Assembly: GCA_963712745.1 (NCBI GenBank)
Contig: CAVQJC010000020.1
Span: 128,001 to 192,000 of the forward strand
Direction: 5' to 3'
From: an uncultured Chloroflexia bacterium
GTDB lineage: Bacteria > Chloroflexota > Limnocylindria > Limnocylindrales > CSP1-4
DNA: 64,000 nucleotides
Made by a program: the position numbers and the translations under genes. Positions 49,980-59,246 of the stretch are shown piece after piece (position 1 is the stretch's first letter; every line of letters begins with the position of its first letter). The notes under the pieces were generated by a model. The model worked only from the letters and a program-made list of their open reading frames with translations, made no database searches and was not told the origin of the DNA.

Positions 49980-51821
49980 TCAGACGCGGTGCGGCTTCTC
50001 GCGTATGAGGGCCAGGAAGTCGGGCCGCGGCAGGGTGTTGGCCACCAGCTCCGGCCGGACCCAACCGCGGCGCGCGATGGCCGTGCCCCAGGTGAGGTGT
50101 CGCCATTCGCTGCGCGCGTGGGCATCGGAGTCGACGACGAAGCGGCAGCCGGCATCGATGGCGGCGCGGATGCGGTGCTCGTCCAGGTCAAGGCGGGCCT
50201 CGCTGCCGTTGATCTCGAGCAGCGTCCCGGTCTCGGCAGCCAGCCGGTAGAAGGCCTCCCAGTCGAGGTCGAGCTCCGCTCGCTCGCCGATCTTGCGTCC
50301 CGACGGGTGACTGATGATGTCCACGTGGGGGTTGCGCAGGGCCAGCTCGTAGCGCGCCATCAACTGCTCCCGCGGCTGACGGCGACCGACGTGCAACGAA
50401 GCCACCACCACATCGAACGCGGCCAGCAGCCGGTCGTCGTAGTCGAGCCGTCCGTCGACAGTGATCTCGAGCTCGGTCCCGTGGAGGAGCAGGAAGCCCG
50501 CCGGGTTCGCGCCCGGGGGCAGGTGGCCCTCGGCGAGCTCCTGTTCGAAGCGCTCGTTGAGCTCGGCCACGACCCGCCGCTGCGCTTGCACGCGGGCCGC
50601 ATCGAGCCCGTTGGCGATGGTCAGGCTGTGCGAGTGGTCGGTGAGCACCTGGTATTCGCGCCCGTCGGCCCGCGCCGACTCGACCATCATCTCGAGCGTC
50701 TCGCGGCCATCGGACCAGTCACTGTGGCTGTGGCAATCCCCACGCAGGTCGACCCGCTCCAGCAGGCGAGGCAGGAGCCCAGCCTCCGCGGCCTCGATCT
50801 CCCCCCGGCCCTCGCGCAGCTCCGGGGGGATCTGGGTGAGGTCGAGGAAGGCGTAGAGCGCAGCCTCGTCGGCGAAAGTCAGTGGCGCGGCTGACTCATC
50901 ATCGAGGGGCACGAGTCCACGCTCGGACAGGGACCAGCCGCGCTCGCGGGCCCGGTGCCGCAGGGCCACGTTGTGTTCGGCCGAGCCGGTGAAGTGGACG
51001 AGATAGCTGCCCGCCACGCCCGACGGCATGGTCAGGAGGTCGAGCTGCGGTCCGTCCAGCAACCGAACCGAGACCCGGTCCGCCCCACCCCTGATCCCGA
51101 CCTCGAGGTCCTCGATGGCCGGCGAGGCCCGCAGGCTCTCGATGACCGACCGGGGCTCTTCGGTCTCGACGAGCACGTCGAGATCACCGACCGTCTCACG
51201 CCATCGGCGCACCGAGCCGGCGGCGGTGGCCGTGATGACCCCGGGCATCGTCTCGAGCAGTGACACCACACGCTCGGCCAGGTCGTGCGCCTCGCCCATG
51301 CGCATGCGCCGTGGGGGACGCTGCCCCAGCTCGCCGATACCCTCCACGATACGCGCCTCAGTCCTGGCGCTGATACCCCGGATCTGCTGCAGCCGGCCAG
51401 CTCTGGCCGCCCTCTCCAGCTCGGGCAGGGTGGCGATGCCAAACCTGCGCCAGACCTCGCCGGCGGTACGTGGGCCGATGCCGGGGACGGCCAGCAACTG
51501 GAGCAGGCTCGGCGGCACTTCGGCGCGCAGGTCCTGCTGATAGCCGAGCCGGCCGGTCGTGGCCAGCTCCGCGATGCGCTCGGAGATGGAGCCGCCGACC
51601 CCTCGCAGGCGGGGCCGCTCGCCGGCGCGGTATGCCGCGGCGACCTCGAAGCCGGCGCGGGCCACCGAATCCGCTGCCCGTCGGTAGGCGCCCACCTTGA
51701 ACGACGATTCGCCCTTGACCTCGAGCAGGTCCCCGATCTCGGCCAGGACCGCGGCGATGCGGGCATTGGTCAGAGCGGCGGTGGCGTCATCAGCCGGCGG
51801 CCGCATCTCGCGAGGCGCCAC
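49980..51821 (-). CDS. polX: DNA polymerase X with PHP domain
   Basis: AYRRAA, GSVRR..TVGDLD, HFTGS..HN, HSHSDWSDG, DSDAH. Confidence 0.93.
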   Translation of the reverse strand: MAPREMRPPADDATAALTNARIAAVLAEIGDLLEVKGESSFKVGAYRRAADSVARAGFEVAAAYRAGERPRLRGVGGSISERIAELATTGRLGYQQDLRAEVPPSLLQLLAVPGIGPRTAGEVWRRFGIATLPELERAARAGRLQQIRGISARTEARIVEGIGELGQRPPRRMRMGEAHDLAERVVSLLETMPGVITATAAGSVRRWRETVGDLDVLVETEEPRSVIESLRASPAIEDLEVGIRGGADRVSVRLLDGPQLDLLTMPSGVAGSYLVHFTGSAEHNVALRHRARERGWSLSERGLVPLDDESAAPLTFADEAALYAFLDLTQIPPELREGRGEIEAAEAGLLPRLLERVDLRGDCHSHSDWSDGRETLEMMVESARADGREYQVLTDHSHSLTIANGLDAARVQAQRRVVAELNERFEQELAEGHLPPGANPAGFLLLHGTELEITVDGRLDYDDRLLAAFDVVVASLHVGRRQPREQLMARYELALRNPHVDIISHPSGRKIGERAELDLDWEAFYRLAAETGTLLEINGSEARLDLDEHRIRAAIDAGCRFVVDSDAHARSEWRHLTWGTAIARRGWVRPELVANTLPRPDFLALIREKPHRV

Positions 51822-51824
51822 GGC

Positions 51825-53105
51825 CTAGGTCGCGATGACGCGGTCGCGCCCCTGTCGCTTGGCCTTGTACAGCGCCTGGTCGGCCCGCTCCACGAGGCGC
51901 GCCATCGACACACCGTCGGGACCGGCCACGGCCACACCGACCGAGACGGTGACCGGCTCGCTGATGCCCAGGCTGGCGGGGTGCATCTTGACCACCGCAC
52001 GGCGGATGCGCTCGCCCACCTCGACGGCCTGTTCCGCGTCCGTCCTGCGCAGAAGGACCGCGAACTCCTCCCCTCCGTAGCGAGCGGGCGTGTCCTCCTC
52101 GCGGACGGCATGGGTGATGGCCGTGGCCACCGCCTGCAGCACGCGGTCGCCGGTGGCATGACCGAAGCGGTCGTTGATGATCTTGAAGTGGTCGATGTCG
52201 ACCATGAGGATGCCGATGGTGTCGTTGGCCCGCCGGCGGGGGCTCTCGATGGCCAGCGCCTCGTCGAAGTAGCGGCGGTTGGGCAGACGGGTGAGCACGT
52301 CGATCTTGGCGCCGCGCTCGGCAGCTTCCAGGGCGTACGTGCGCTGGAACGCGGTGGCCACCTCCTTGGCCGCCCACGCGAGCAGCCGGCGATCGCCTTC
52401 GCTCCAGCCTTCACGGGCGCGCCGCGCGAGCAGGAGCGCTCCCAGGAAGCTGCGCTCGGCCACCAGCGGCGTAGCCAGGGTATGGGCCAGCCCGTAGGCC
52501 GAACGCACACGCCGGGCGATCTCCTCGGCTGCCGCCGCAGCCTCGTCCGACGCGCCCACGCTCTCGCCCACGCCTTCATCGTGCTCGCCGGGCAACGCAC
52601 CGTGGGCGTCCAGCTCGGGCCGCAGGGTGGTGCGCGAGGGCGGCGCGTCGGCCTGGGCGGCCACCAGCGTCACCTCTACGGCCTGGTCCTGGCTGACGCG
52701 CGCGACCACCACGTGGTCGGCGTCGGTGGCCCGTCGCAGGTCGCTGATGACGGTGTCCACCACGGACTCCGGCGAGAGCGAGCGGGAGAGGCCGGTCACG
52801 ATGCGCCTGATGCTGGCCTCGCGTTCAAGCCGGTTGCGGGTCAGCGCGGCCGAGGTGGCGTACATCACGTAGAGCGCCAGGGCCAAGGTCACCAGGGCCA
52901 CCGCCAGCACCAGGTCGGCCACGCCGATGCCGTCCTCGTAGAGGAACCAGGCCGACGCGATGGCTAGCGCGAGCAGGCTTGCCAGCATCACGCGTAGGGC
53001 CAGATGCAGGCGACGGTTCAAGGGGGCGTCGGCACCGGAGACCGAGGCGATCTCCAGGTCGGGGACATCCGGTTCCGGGGCGGTCCGGTCGTTGGCGGCG
53101 CTCAC
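51825..53105 (-). CDS. Membrane GAF-GGDEF diguanylate cyclase
   Basis: Two TM segments, DVLTRLPNRR, DIDHFKIIND.FGH, RYGGEEF. Confidence 0.92.
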   Translation of the reverse strand: MSAANDRTAPEPDVPDLEIASVSGADAPLNRRLHLALRVMLASLLALAIASAWFLYEDGIGVADLVLAVALVTLALALYVMYATSAALTRNRLEREASIRRIVTGLSRSLSPESVVDTVISDLRRATDADHVVVARVSQDQAVEVTLVAAQADAPPSRTTLRPELDAHGALPGEHDEGVGESVGASDEAAAAAEEIARRVRSAYGLAHTLATPLVAERSFLGALLLARRAREGWSEGDRRLLAWAAKEVATAFQRTYALEAAERGAKIDVLTRLPNRRYFDEALAIESPRRRANDTIGILMVDIDHFKIINDRFGHATGDRVLQAVATAITHAVREEDTPARYGGEEFAVLLRRTDAEQAVEVGERIRRAVVKMHPASLGISEPVTVSVGVAVAGPDGVSMARLVERADQALYKAKRQGRDRVIAT

Positions 53106-53160
53106 CCCGCGAGGATGGCACAGCACCACCGCCCGTGCCGCCTGCCGGGGTCGGCGGGAT

Positions 53161-54267
53161 TCAGTCCTTGGGCTGCTTCACCTTGTAGAAGTTGCGGTTG
53201 ACCCACGAGCGGATGGTGCGCAGGTTGGGCCGCACGGTGCCGTCGTCGGCCAGGTAGCCCCAGGTGGCGGGGGCCAGCACCTTCATGCTCGACTTAGGCA
53301 CCTTCATCTTCTGCACCAAAGCGTAGAGCTGAGCGGCCGCTTCGGTCGTCTTGGGGATGTTCGTATCGATCTTGTCGCGCACGGCCAGGAGCGTACCCAG
53401 CAGGCGCACCCCGGCGCCGTCGTCCTCGATGATCTCCCTGACCGCGGCCTTGACCATGTCCTGCTGCCGCTCGGCGCGGCGCCAGTCGCTGTTGTACTGG
53501 TTGCCCATCGTGCCCTTGCGGCTGCGAGCGTAGACCAGGGCGCTGCGGCACTTCGACGGCTTGGGCTTGCAGGCGGGGTCGCCCCGAAGCCGGTAGTCGT
53601 TCTGGGCCGGGAAGTACACGCCCCGTGAGCGGCGATGATGGTAGGAGTTGTCGATGACCGTCTCCTCGATGTCCACGCGTATCCCGCCCAGCGCATTGAT
53701 GAGATTGGCGAAGGTGGCGAAGCGCGTCATGGCCCAGTAGTCGATCTCCGTGCCCAGGAAGGCCTCGATGTCCTTGCGGAAGCGGTCGATGCCCTTGCGG
53801 TCGATGGCCGCGTGCTTGAGCCCGGGCTTGCGATAGCGCAAGTAGTAGATCGAGTTCACGCGCATCGATCCGCTGTTGCCGCCGCCTGCCAGCGGGATGC
53901 CGGCCATGTCTCGAGGGATGCTGACGATGGCTCCTTTGCCCGTCAGCGGGTCGATGGTCGCGACCATGACCACGTCGAGCCGCTCACCACCGGAGTTCTT
54001 GCGCCAGTCGGAGCCGATGAGCAATACGGTCAGCCGTCCGTCCTTGCCCAGCTTGACGGGCAGGCCCTTCTTGGGCCGCGTCGTCTTCTTCTTGCCCTTG
54101 TTGTTGCGCGAATCGGTTGCCAGCTGGCGCATCGAGTCGAGCGCGACGCGCAATCCGTCCTCGCTCTGCACGATGCCCGGGGACGCAGCACCGGCGGGCA
54201 GCGCACCAAAGAGGATGGACAGGGCCAGGAGCGCGACGACGACGTGCGCCGTTCTGAGTTGAGCCAT
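53161..54267 (-). CDS. LCP (LytR-CpsA-Psr) family protein
   Basis: LLIGSD.R, SIPRD, ALVYARSR, DWRRAERQQ. Confidence 0.9.
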   Translation of the reverse strand: MAQLRTAHVVVALLALSILFGALPAGAASPGIVQSEDGLRVALDSMRQLATDSRNNKGKKKTTRPKKGLPVKLGKDGRLTVLLIGSDWRKNSGGERLDVVMVATIDPLTGKGAIVSIPRDMAGIPLAGGGNSGSMRVNSIYYLRYRKPGLKHAAIDRKGIDRFRKDIEAFLGTEIDYWAMTRFATFANLINALGGIRVDIEETVIDNSYHHRRSRGVYFPAQNDYRLRGDPACKPKPSKCRSALVYARSRKGTMGNQYNSDWRRAERQQDMVKAAVREIIEDDGAGVRLLGTLLAVRDKIDTNIPKTTEAAAQLYALVQKMKVPKSSMKVLAPATWGYLADDGTVRPNLRTIRSWVNRNFYKVKQPKD

Positions 54268-54292
54268 GGCCCGTTAGCCTACCCCGTCTTCA

Positions 54293-55042
54293 CTACATCA
54301 TCACCATGCCGCCATCGACGGCCAGGACCTGACCGGTGATACAGGCGGCCTCATCGGAGGCCAGGAAGACCACCGCCGCGGCAACGTCCTCGGGGGTCGC
54401 GAAGCGGCCGAGCGGTGTGCGCCGCTTGGCTTCCTCCAGCAGCTCCTGGGGCAGGTCGGCGGTGAGGTCGGTAGGCACGAATCCCGGCGCTACCGCGTTG
54501 GCCGTGATACCGCGAGAGCCCAACTCCCTGGCCGTAGCCTTGGTCAGGCCGATGAGGCCGGCCTTGGACGAGGAGTAGTTGGCCTGGCCCTCCTGACCGG
54601 CCTGGCCCGAGACACTGGTGATGTTGATGATGCGTCCACTGCGCGCCTTGAGCATCGGCCGGGTCACGGCCTTGATGGTGTAGAAAGCACCGAAGAGGTT
54701 CGTCTCGAGCACGATGCTCCAGTCCTCGGGCTTCATGCGCATGATGAGGTCGTCGCGATTGAGGCCGGCGTTGTTGACCAGGATGTCGATCTTCCCAAGC
54801 TCCTCGAGGGCCGTCCTGACGAGCGCGATGGCGGCCTCCTGGTCGCGGGCATCGGCCTGCACGGCGAGGGCCTTTCGCCCGAGCGCCTCGATGGCCGCCA
54901 CGGTCTGCTCGGCGGCGGAGACATTGCCCTTGTAGCTGATGCAGACGTCGGCGCCCTGCTCCGCGAGACGCACGGCGATGGCACGGCCGATGCCGCGCGA
55001 ACCCCCGGTGACGAGGGCTGTCCGGCCGCTGAGATCGATCAT
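54293..55042 (-). CDS. fabG: 3-oxoacyl-ACP reductase
   Basis: TGGSRGIG, NNAG, NYSSSKAG. Confidence 0.95.
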   Translation of the reverse strand: MIDLSGRTALVTGGSRGIGRAIAVRLAEQGADVCISYKGNVSAAEQTVAAIEALGRKALAVQADARDQEAAIALVRTALEELGKIDILVNNAGLNRDDLIMRMKPEDWSIVLETNLFGAFYTIKAVTRPMLKARSGRIINITSVSGQAGQEGQANYSSSKAGLIGLTKATARELGSRGITANAVAPGFVPTDLTADLPQELLEEAKRRTPLGRFATPEDVAAAVVFLASDEAACITGQVLAVDGGMVMM

Positions 55043-56253
55043 GGCTGCTCCTTCGTGTGTGCGTGTTCGGGCTCGCCGGGTACGACGTCATCGAGTGGGA
55101 CCGGTGGTCCGCTGGGATCGTCGAGCACCGCAGCCAGGCGCGGCGGGATGGGATCGACCGAGGCCCAGTCGAGCGGCGCACGCACGCTGGCCACCGGCTC
55201 CACGGCTCTGCCTCGCTCGGCCTGGGCCGGGTCCGCCGTCCAGGTCAGGGCGACGGCTCCAGACGTGAAGCCAGCCCCGAAGGCTACGAAGACGATCTTG
55301 TCACCGGGTTTGACGCGGCCCTCCTGTACGGCCTCGTCGAGCGCGATGCCGACCGAAGCGGCAGAGGTGTTGCCGTACTTGTCGATGTTCACGAACATCT
55401 TGGACATGGGCAGGTTCAGGCCCTTGGCCACCGCCTCGATGATGCGCACGTTGGCCTGGTGCGGGATGAAGAGGTCCACGTCGGCCGGCTGCCAGCCGGC
55501 CTTCTCGATGGCCGCCAGTGCCGAGGAGGCCAGCGTGCGCGTGGCGAAACGGTAGGTCTCACGGCCCTCCATGCGGATGAAGTGCTCGCCGCGGCGGGCC
55601 GTCTCCAGGCTGGGCGGGCTCTTGGACCCTCCCGATGGCATCCAGATCATGTAGGCACCGTCCGGATCGGTGGTCAGCTCCAGGCCGGCCATGCCGCCTC
55701 CGTCCTCGTCCGAGGCAGAGAGCACCACGGCTCCGGCACCGTCGCCGAAGAGGATGCAGGTGCCGCGGTCCTCGAAATCGAGGAACCGGGTCAGCAGCTC
55801 GGCCCCCACCACGAGCACGTTGCGGGCCATCCCGCTGCGGACGTAGGAATCGGCGGTGGCGTAGGCGAAGACGAAGCCGGAGCAGGCGGCGCCGATGTCG
55901 AAGGCGGCCGCGGTGGTGTTGCCGATGGCCTCCTTGACAAGGGCTGCCGTCGACGGCATGGGGTAGTCGGGCGTGAGCGTGGCCACGACGATGACGTCGA
56001 TATCGTCAGGTTCCAGCCCGGCCGTCGCGATGGCCCGCAGGGCGGCGATGGCGCCGAGCGTGGCGGTCGTCTCGTGCGGGGCGGCCACCCGCCGCTCGCT
56101 GATGCCGGTGCGGGTCCGGATCCACTCGTCGGATGTGTCGACGAGCCGCTCGAGGTCGGCGTTGGAGAGCACCCGCTCAGGTACGTACGAGCCCCACCCG
56201 CTGACGCGGACGCTGCGAGGCGGACCGCCGGGCACGGCGCCAGGTCCACTCAT
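55039..56253 (-). CDS. fabH: Beta-ketoacyl-ACP synthase III
   Basis: AACSGF, PHQAN, GNTSAAS, FGAG. Confidence 0.95.
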   Translation of the reverse strand: MSGPGAVPGGPPRSVRVSGWGSYVPERVLSNADLERLVDTSDEWIRTRTGISERRVAAPHETTATLGAIAALRAIATAGLEPDDIDVIVVATLTPDYPMPSTAALVKEAIGNTTAAAFDIGAACSGFVFAYATADSYVRSGMARNVLVVGAELLTRFLDFEDRGTCILFGDGAGAVVLSASDEDGGGMAGLELTTDPDGAYMIWMPSGGSKSPPSLETARRGEHFIRMEGRETYRFATRTLASSALAAIEKAGWQPADVDLFIPHQANVRIIEAVAKGLNLPMSKMFVNIDKYGNTSAASVGIALDEAVQEGRVKPGDKIVFVAFGAGFTSGAVALTWTADPAQAERGRAVEPVASVRAPLDWASVDPIPPRLAAVLDDPSGPPVPLDDVVPGEPEHAHTKEQP

Positions 56254-56723
56254 GCGGGATCGACCTCGATGAGCGTCTGCCTGGCCTTGACCAGGTCACC
56301 GTCGCCGGCGGCGACGCGTCTGACCGTGCCGGTCACGTCGCACTTGATCTCATTGAACAGCTTCATGGCCTCGATGAGACCGATGACCTGGCCGGCATTG
56401 ACCTGGCCCCCCTCCCGGACATAGGGCTCGGCGTCGGGCGACGGCGAGCGGTAGAAGACCCCGGTCAGCGGCGCGCTGACAGCATGGGCGCCTCGCTCCT
56501 GCATTGGCTCATCCTCGAGTGGTGGCTCGGCCAGCGGCAGATCGGGCGAGACCGTCGAGGTCACCACGGCAGCCGCCACCGGAGCGATCGCGCCCAGCGT
56601 ACGCAGCACCACGGTGGTGTCAGCGTGCTCCACCTCGAGCTCGGCCAGGCCGGACCGCTCCAGCAGTCGCTCGAGACGGTCGATGAGAGCCAACAGCTCG
56701 GCCATCTCCGCGCGCTCGGCCAT
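56250..56723 (-). CDS. accB: Biotin carboxyl carrier protein
   Basis: APLTGVFYRSP, EAMKLFNEI (biotin Lys present). Confidence 0.92.
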   Translation of the reverse strand: MAERAEMAELLALIDRLERLLERSGLAELEVEHADTTVVLRTLGAIAPVAAAVVTSTVSPDLPLAEPPLEDEPMQERGAHAVSAPLTGVFYRSPSPDAEPYVREGGQVNAGQVIGLIEAMKLFNEIKCDVTGTVRRVAAGDGDLVKARQTLIEVDPA

Positions 56724-57988
56724 CAACCGTTCCAGCGCTGGAGCACGATGGCCGAGTTCTGGCCACCGAAGCCGAAGGCATTGACGAGGGCCACGTCCAG
56801 CTCGCGCTCCCGCGCCTTGAGCGGGGTCAGGTCCAGCGCACCGGCTCGCTCGTCGGGCTGGTGCAGGTTGAGCGTGGGCGGTACGACACCCTCCTCGAGT
56901 GCCTTGACCGTAGCCACGGCCGCCACCGCACCGGCCGCACCGAGCGTGTGCCCGATGGACGACTTGGTGGCAGTCACGCTGACCTCGGCGGCGTGATCTC
57001 CGACCAGGGCGTTGATGGCCAGCAGTTCGGTTGGGTCGCCTTCGCCGGTGCTGGTGGCATGGGCGCTGACGAGGTCGATGTCGGCCGGCTCAAGGCCGGC
57101 CTTCTCGAGCGCGCGGCGCGCGGCACGCACGGCCCCCATGCCACCCGGTGAGGGCGTGGTGATGTGGTGGCCGTCGGCGGTGGCGCCGTAGCCACAGACC
57201 TCGGCATAGATGCGGGCGCCGCGGCGTCGGGCGTGCTCCAGCTCCTCGAGCACCAGCGTGCCCGAACCCTCTGCCACCACGAATCCATCCCGCGCTGCGT
57301 CGAAGGGGCGGCTCGCCGCCTCGGGTTCGTCGTTGCGGGTGGAAAGCGCCTTCATGCGCGCGAAGCCGGCCACGATGGCGTCAGCCACGGGCGCCTCACA
57401 ACCCCCGGCGAGCATGACGTCGGCGTCGCCGCGGCGGATGATCTCGTAGGACTCGCCGAGTGCGTGACCGGCCGAGGCACAGGCGCTGGTGGTGGAGTAA
57501 TTGGGGCCGAGTGCCCCGAAGGTGATGCCAGCCACGCCCGCGGGCATGTTGGCGATGGCCATGGGGATGAAGAAGGGGCTGACCCGGCCCGGGCCGTCGA
57601 TGCGGCAGATGGCGATCTGTTCGATGAGCGTGTTGGTGCCACCCAGGCCCGAGGCCATGAGCACGCCGGTCATCTCCGCGGCCTGGCCCTCGAACCGGCT
57701 GGGCAGGCCCGCGTCGATCAGCGCCTCATGCGTCGCGACCAGGCCCATGTGGGTGGCGCGGTCGTTGCGCCGGACCTCCTTGCGGTCGAGCACGGCAGAG
57801 GGGTCGAGGTCGGTCACCTCGCCGGCGATGCGGGCGGTCGACCGCGAGGCGTCGAAGCAGGTGATGGGGCCGATGCCGGATTCCCCCGCCACCAGGCGTC
57901 GCCAGAAGGTCGGGACATCGTTGCCCAGCGGGGTGACGGCCCCGAGGCCGGTCACGACCACGCGGCGGCCCCCGGCGACGGAGGTCAT
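56723..57988 (-). CDS. fabF: Beta-ketoacyl-ACP synthase II
   Basis: SACAS, HATST, KSSIGH, NAFGFGG. Confidence 0.95.
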   Translation of the reverse strand: MTSVAGGRRVVVTGLGAVTPLGNDVPTFWRRLVAGESGIGPITCFDASRSTARIAGEVTDLDPSAVLDRKEVRRNDRATHMGLVATHEALIDAGLPSRFEGQAAEMTGVLMASGLGGTNTLIEQIAICRIDGPGRVSPFFIPMAIANMPAGVAGITFGALGPNYSTTSACASAGHALGESYEIIRRGDADVMLAGGCEAPVADAIVAGFARMKALSTRNDEPEAASRPFDAARDGFVVAEGSGTLVLEELEHARRRGARIYAEVCGYGATADGHHITTPSPGGMGAVRAARRALEKAGLEPADIDLVSAHATSTGEGDPTELLAINALVGDHAAEVSVTATKSSIGHTLGAAGAVAAVATVKALEEGVVPPTLNLHQPDERAGALDLTPLKARERELDVALVNAFGFGGQNSAIVLQRWNG

Positions 57989-58732
57989 CGGACGAACCTC
58001 CCGGTGCGGATGGTAGCGGCACGGTAGACGTCGCCGGGCAGCCCGCGCTCGGCGACCTGCTCGGCGGCGGACTGCGGATCGTAGGCTGCGCGCAGCAGCT
58101 CGGCCTGTGGGTCGGCTCCTTCTTCCAGCGTGAGGAGACCCCAGCAGGCGTCAGGCGTGCCGTCGAAGGCGTAGCCGCATGACCCCGGGTTGACGATGAG
58201 CTTGCGGCCCAGCTCGCGCATGTCGGCCACGTGCGTGTGGCCGCAGCAGATCGACCCGCGCGTCGGTGCGAGTGACGCGCTGGACGGTGACGGCCGGGTC
58301 CAGGTCCGCGGGCAGGCCGCTGGTCTGGCTGCCGGGCGAGGCATGCGTCGCCAGCACCAGCTCGTCGCCGACGGTCAGCCGGCGTTCCGCAGGCAGCCGT
58401 CGCAGGTAGTCCAGCTGCTCGTCGTCCAGCTGCTCCCGGGCCCACTCGGCGGCGGCCCGGTGGCCGGCCGGCACCTCGTCGAGCCAGGGGAAAGCCGCAG
58501 CGTAGTCGCCGTCGGCCACAGCGATGTCGGTGTTGCCGGCGATGACCCAGGCACCGTCGGCCTCGAGCCGCCTGACCCTTTCCACCGTCTCGGCCGGCCG
58601 GGGTCCGTTGAGCACCAAGTCGCCGAGCACGATGACGCGGTCGGCGCCGCGCTGCTCGATGGCCGTCAGGGCAGCCTCGAGCGCGTCGAGGTTGCCGTGG
58701 ATGTCGGAGATGAGGGCGATGCGCCGCGTCAT
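57985..58732 (-). CDS. Calcineurin-like metallophosphoesterase; apparent frameshift near 58252
   Basis: SDIHGN, LGD, GNTD, HASP; GHTH and NPGS in the next frame. Confidence 0.85.
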
Positions 58733-59217
58733 CGGAGGGCCTCCGCGGGTGGGATGACGAAGGAGATGAGCGCCTCACAGGCGATCTCACCGTCGACCGA
58801 GGCGACCGCCCGGCCCTTGCCGAAGCGACGACCGAGCTTCTCCATGGTGACCTCCAACGTGAGCCGGTCGCCCGGCTGCACGACCCGCTTGAAGCGGCAT
58901 CCGTCGATGCCGGCGAAGAGGCCGATGCGGTCGCCGAAGCCCTCCTCGCGGGCCACGTAGACGGCCATCGTCTGGGCCAGTGCCTCGACCTGGATGACCC
59001 CTGGCATGACCGGCAGGTCGGGGAAGTGCCCGCCGAAGAACCACTCTGAAGCCGTGACGGCCTTCTCGCCGCGGATGTAGCCCCGCTCGCGGTCCTCCTC
59101 GACGATGCGATCGACGAGCAGGAACGGCCAGCGGTGGGGGATGAGCTTCTGGAGCTCGGCGGTCGTGAGCAGGACAGCGGACGGCTGCCCGGCGGAGTGC
59201 CCCTGAGCGTCGGTCAT
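58729..59217 (-). CDS. fabZ: 3-hydroxyacyl-ACP dehydratase
   Basis: PHRWPFLLVD, GHFP..PVMPGV..EALAQ. Confidence 0.95.
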   Translation of the reverse strand: MTDAQGHSAGQPSAVLLTTAELQKLIPHRWPFLLVDRIVEEDRERGYIRGEKAVTASEWFFGGHFPDLPVMPGVIQVEALAQTMAVYVAREEGFGDRIGLFAGIDGCRFKRVVQPGDRLTLEVTMEKLGRRFGKGRAVASVDGEIACEALISFVIPPAEALR

Positions 59218-59246
59218 GGTCTCCCTCTCGATGCGGGCCGGAAGGG

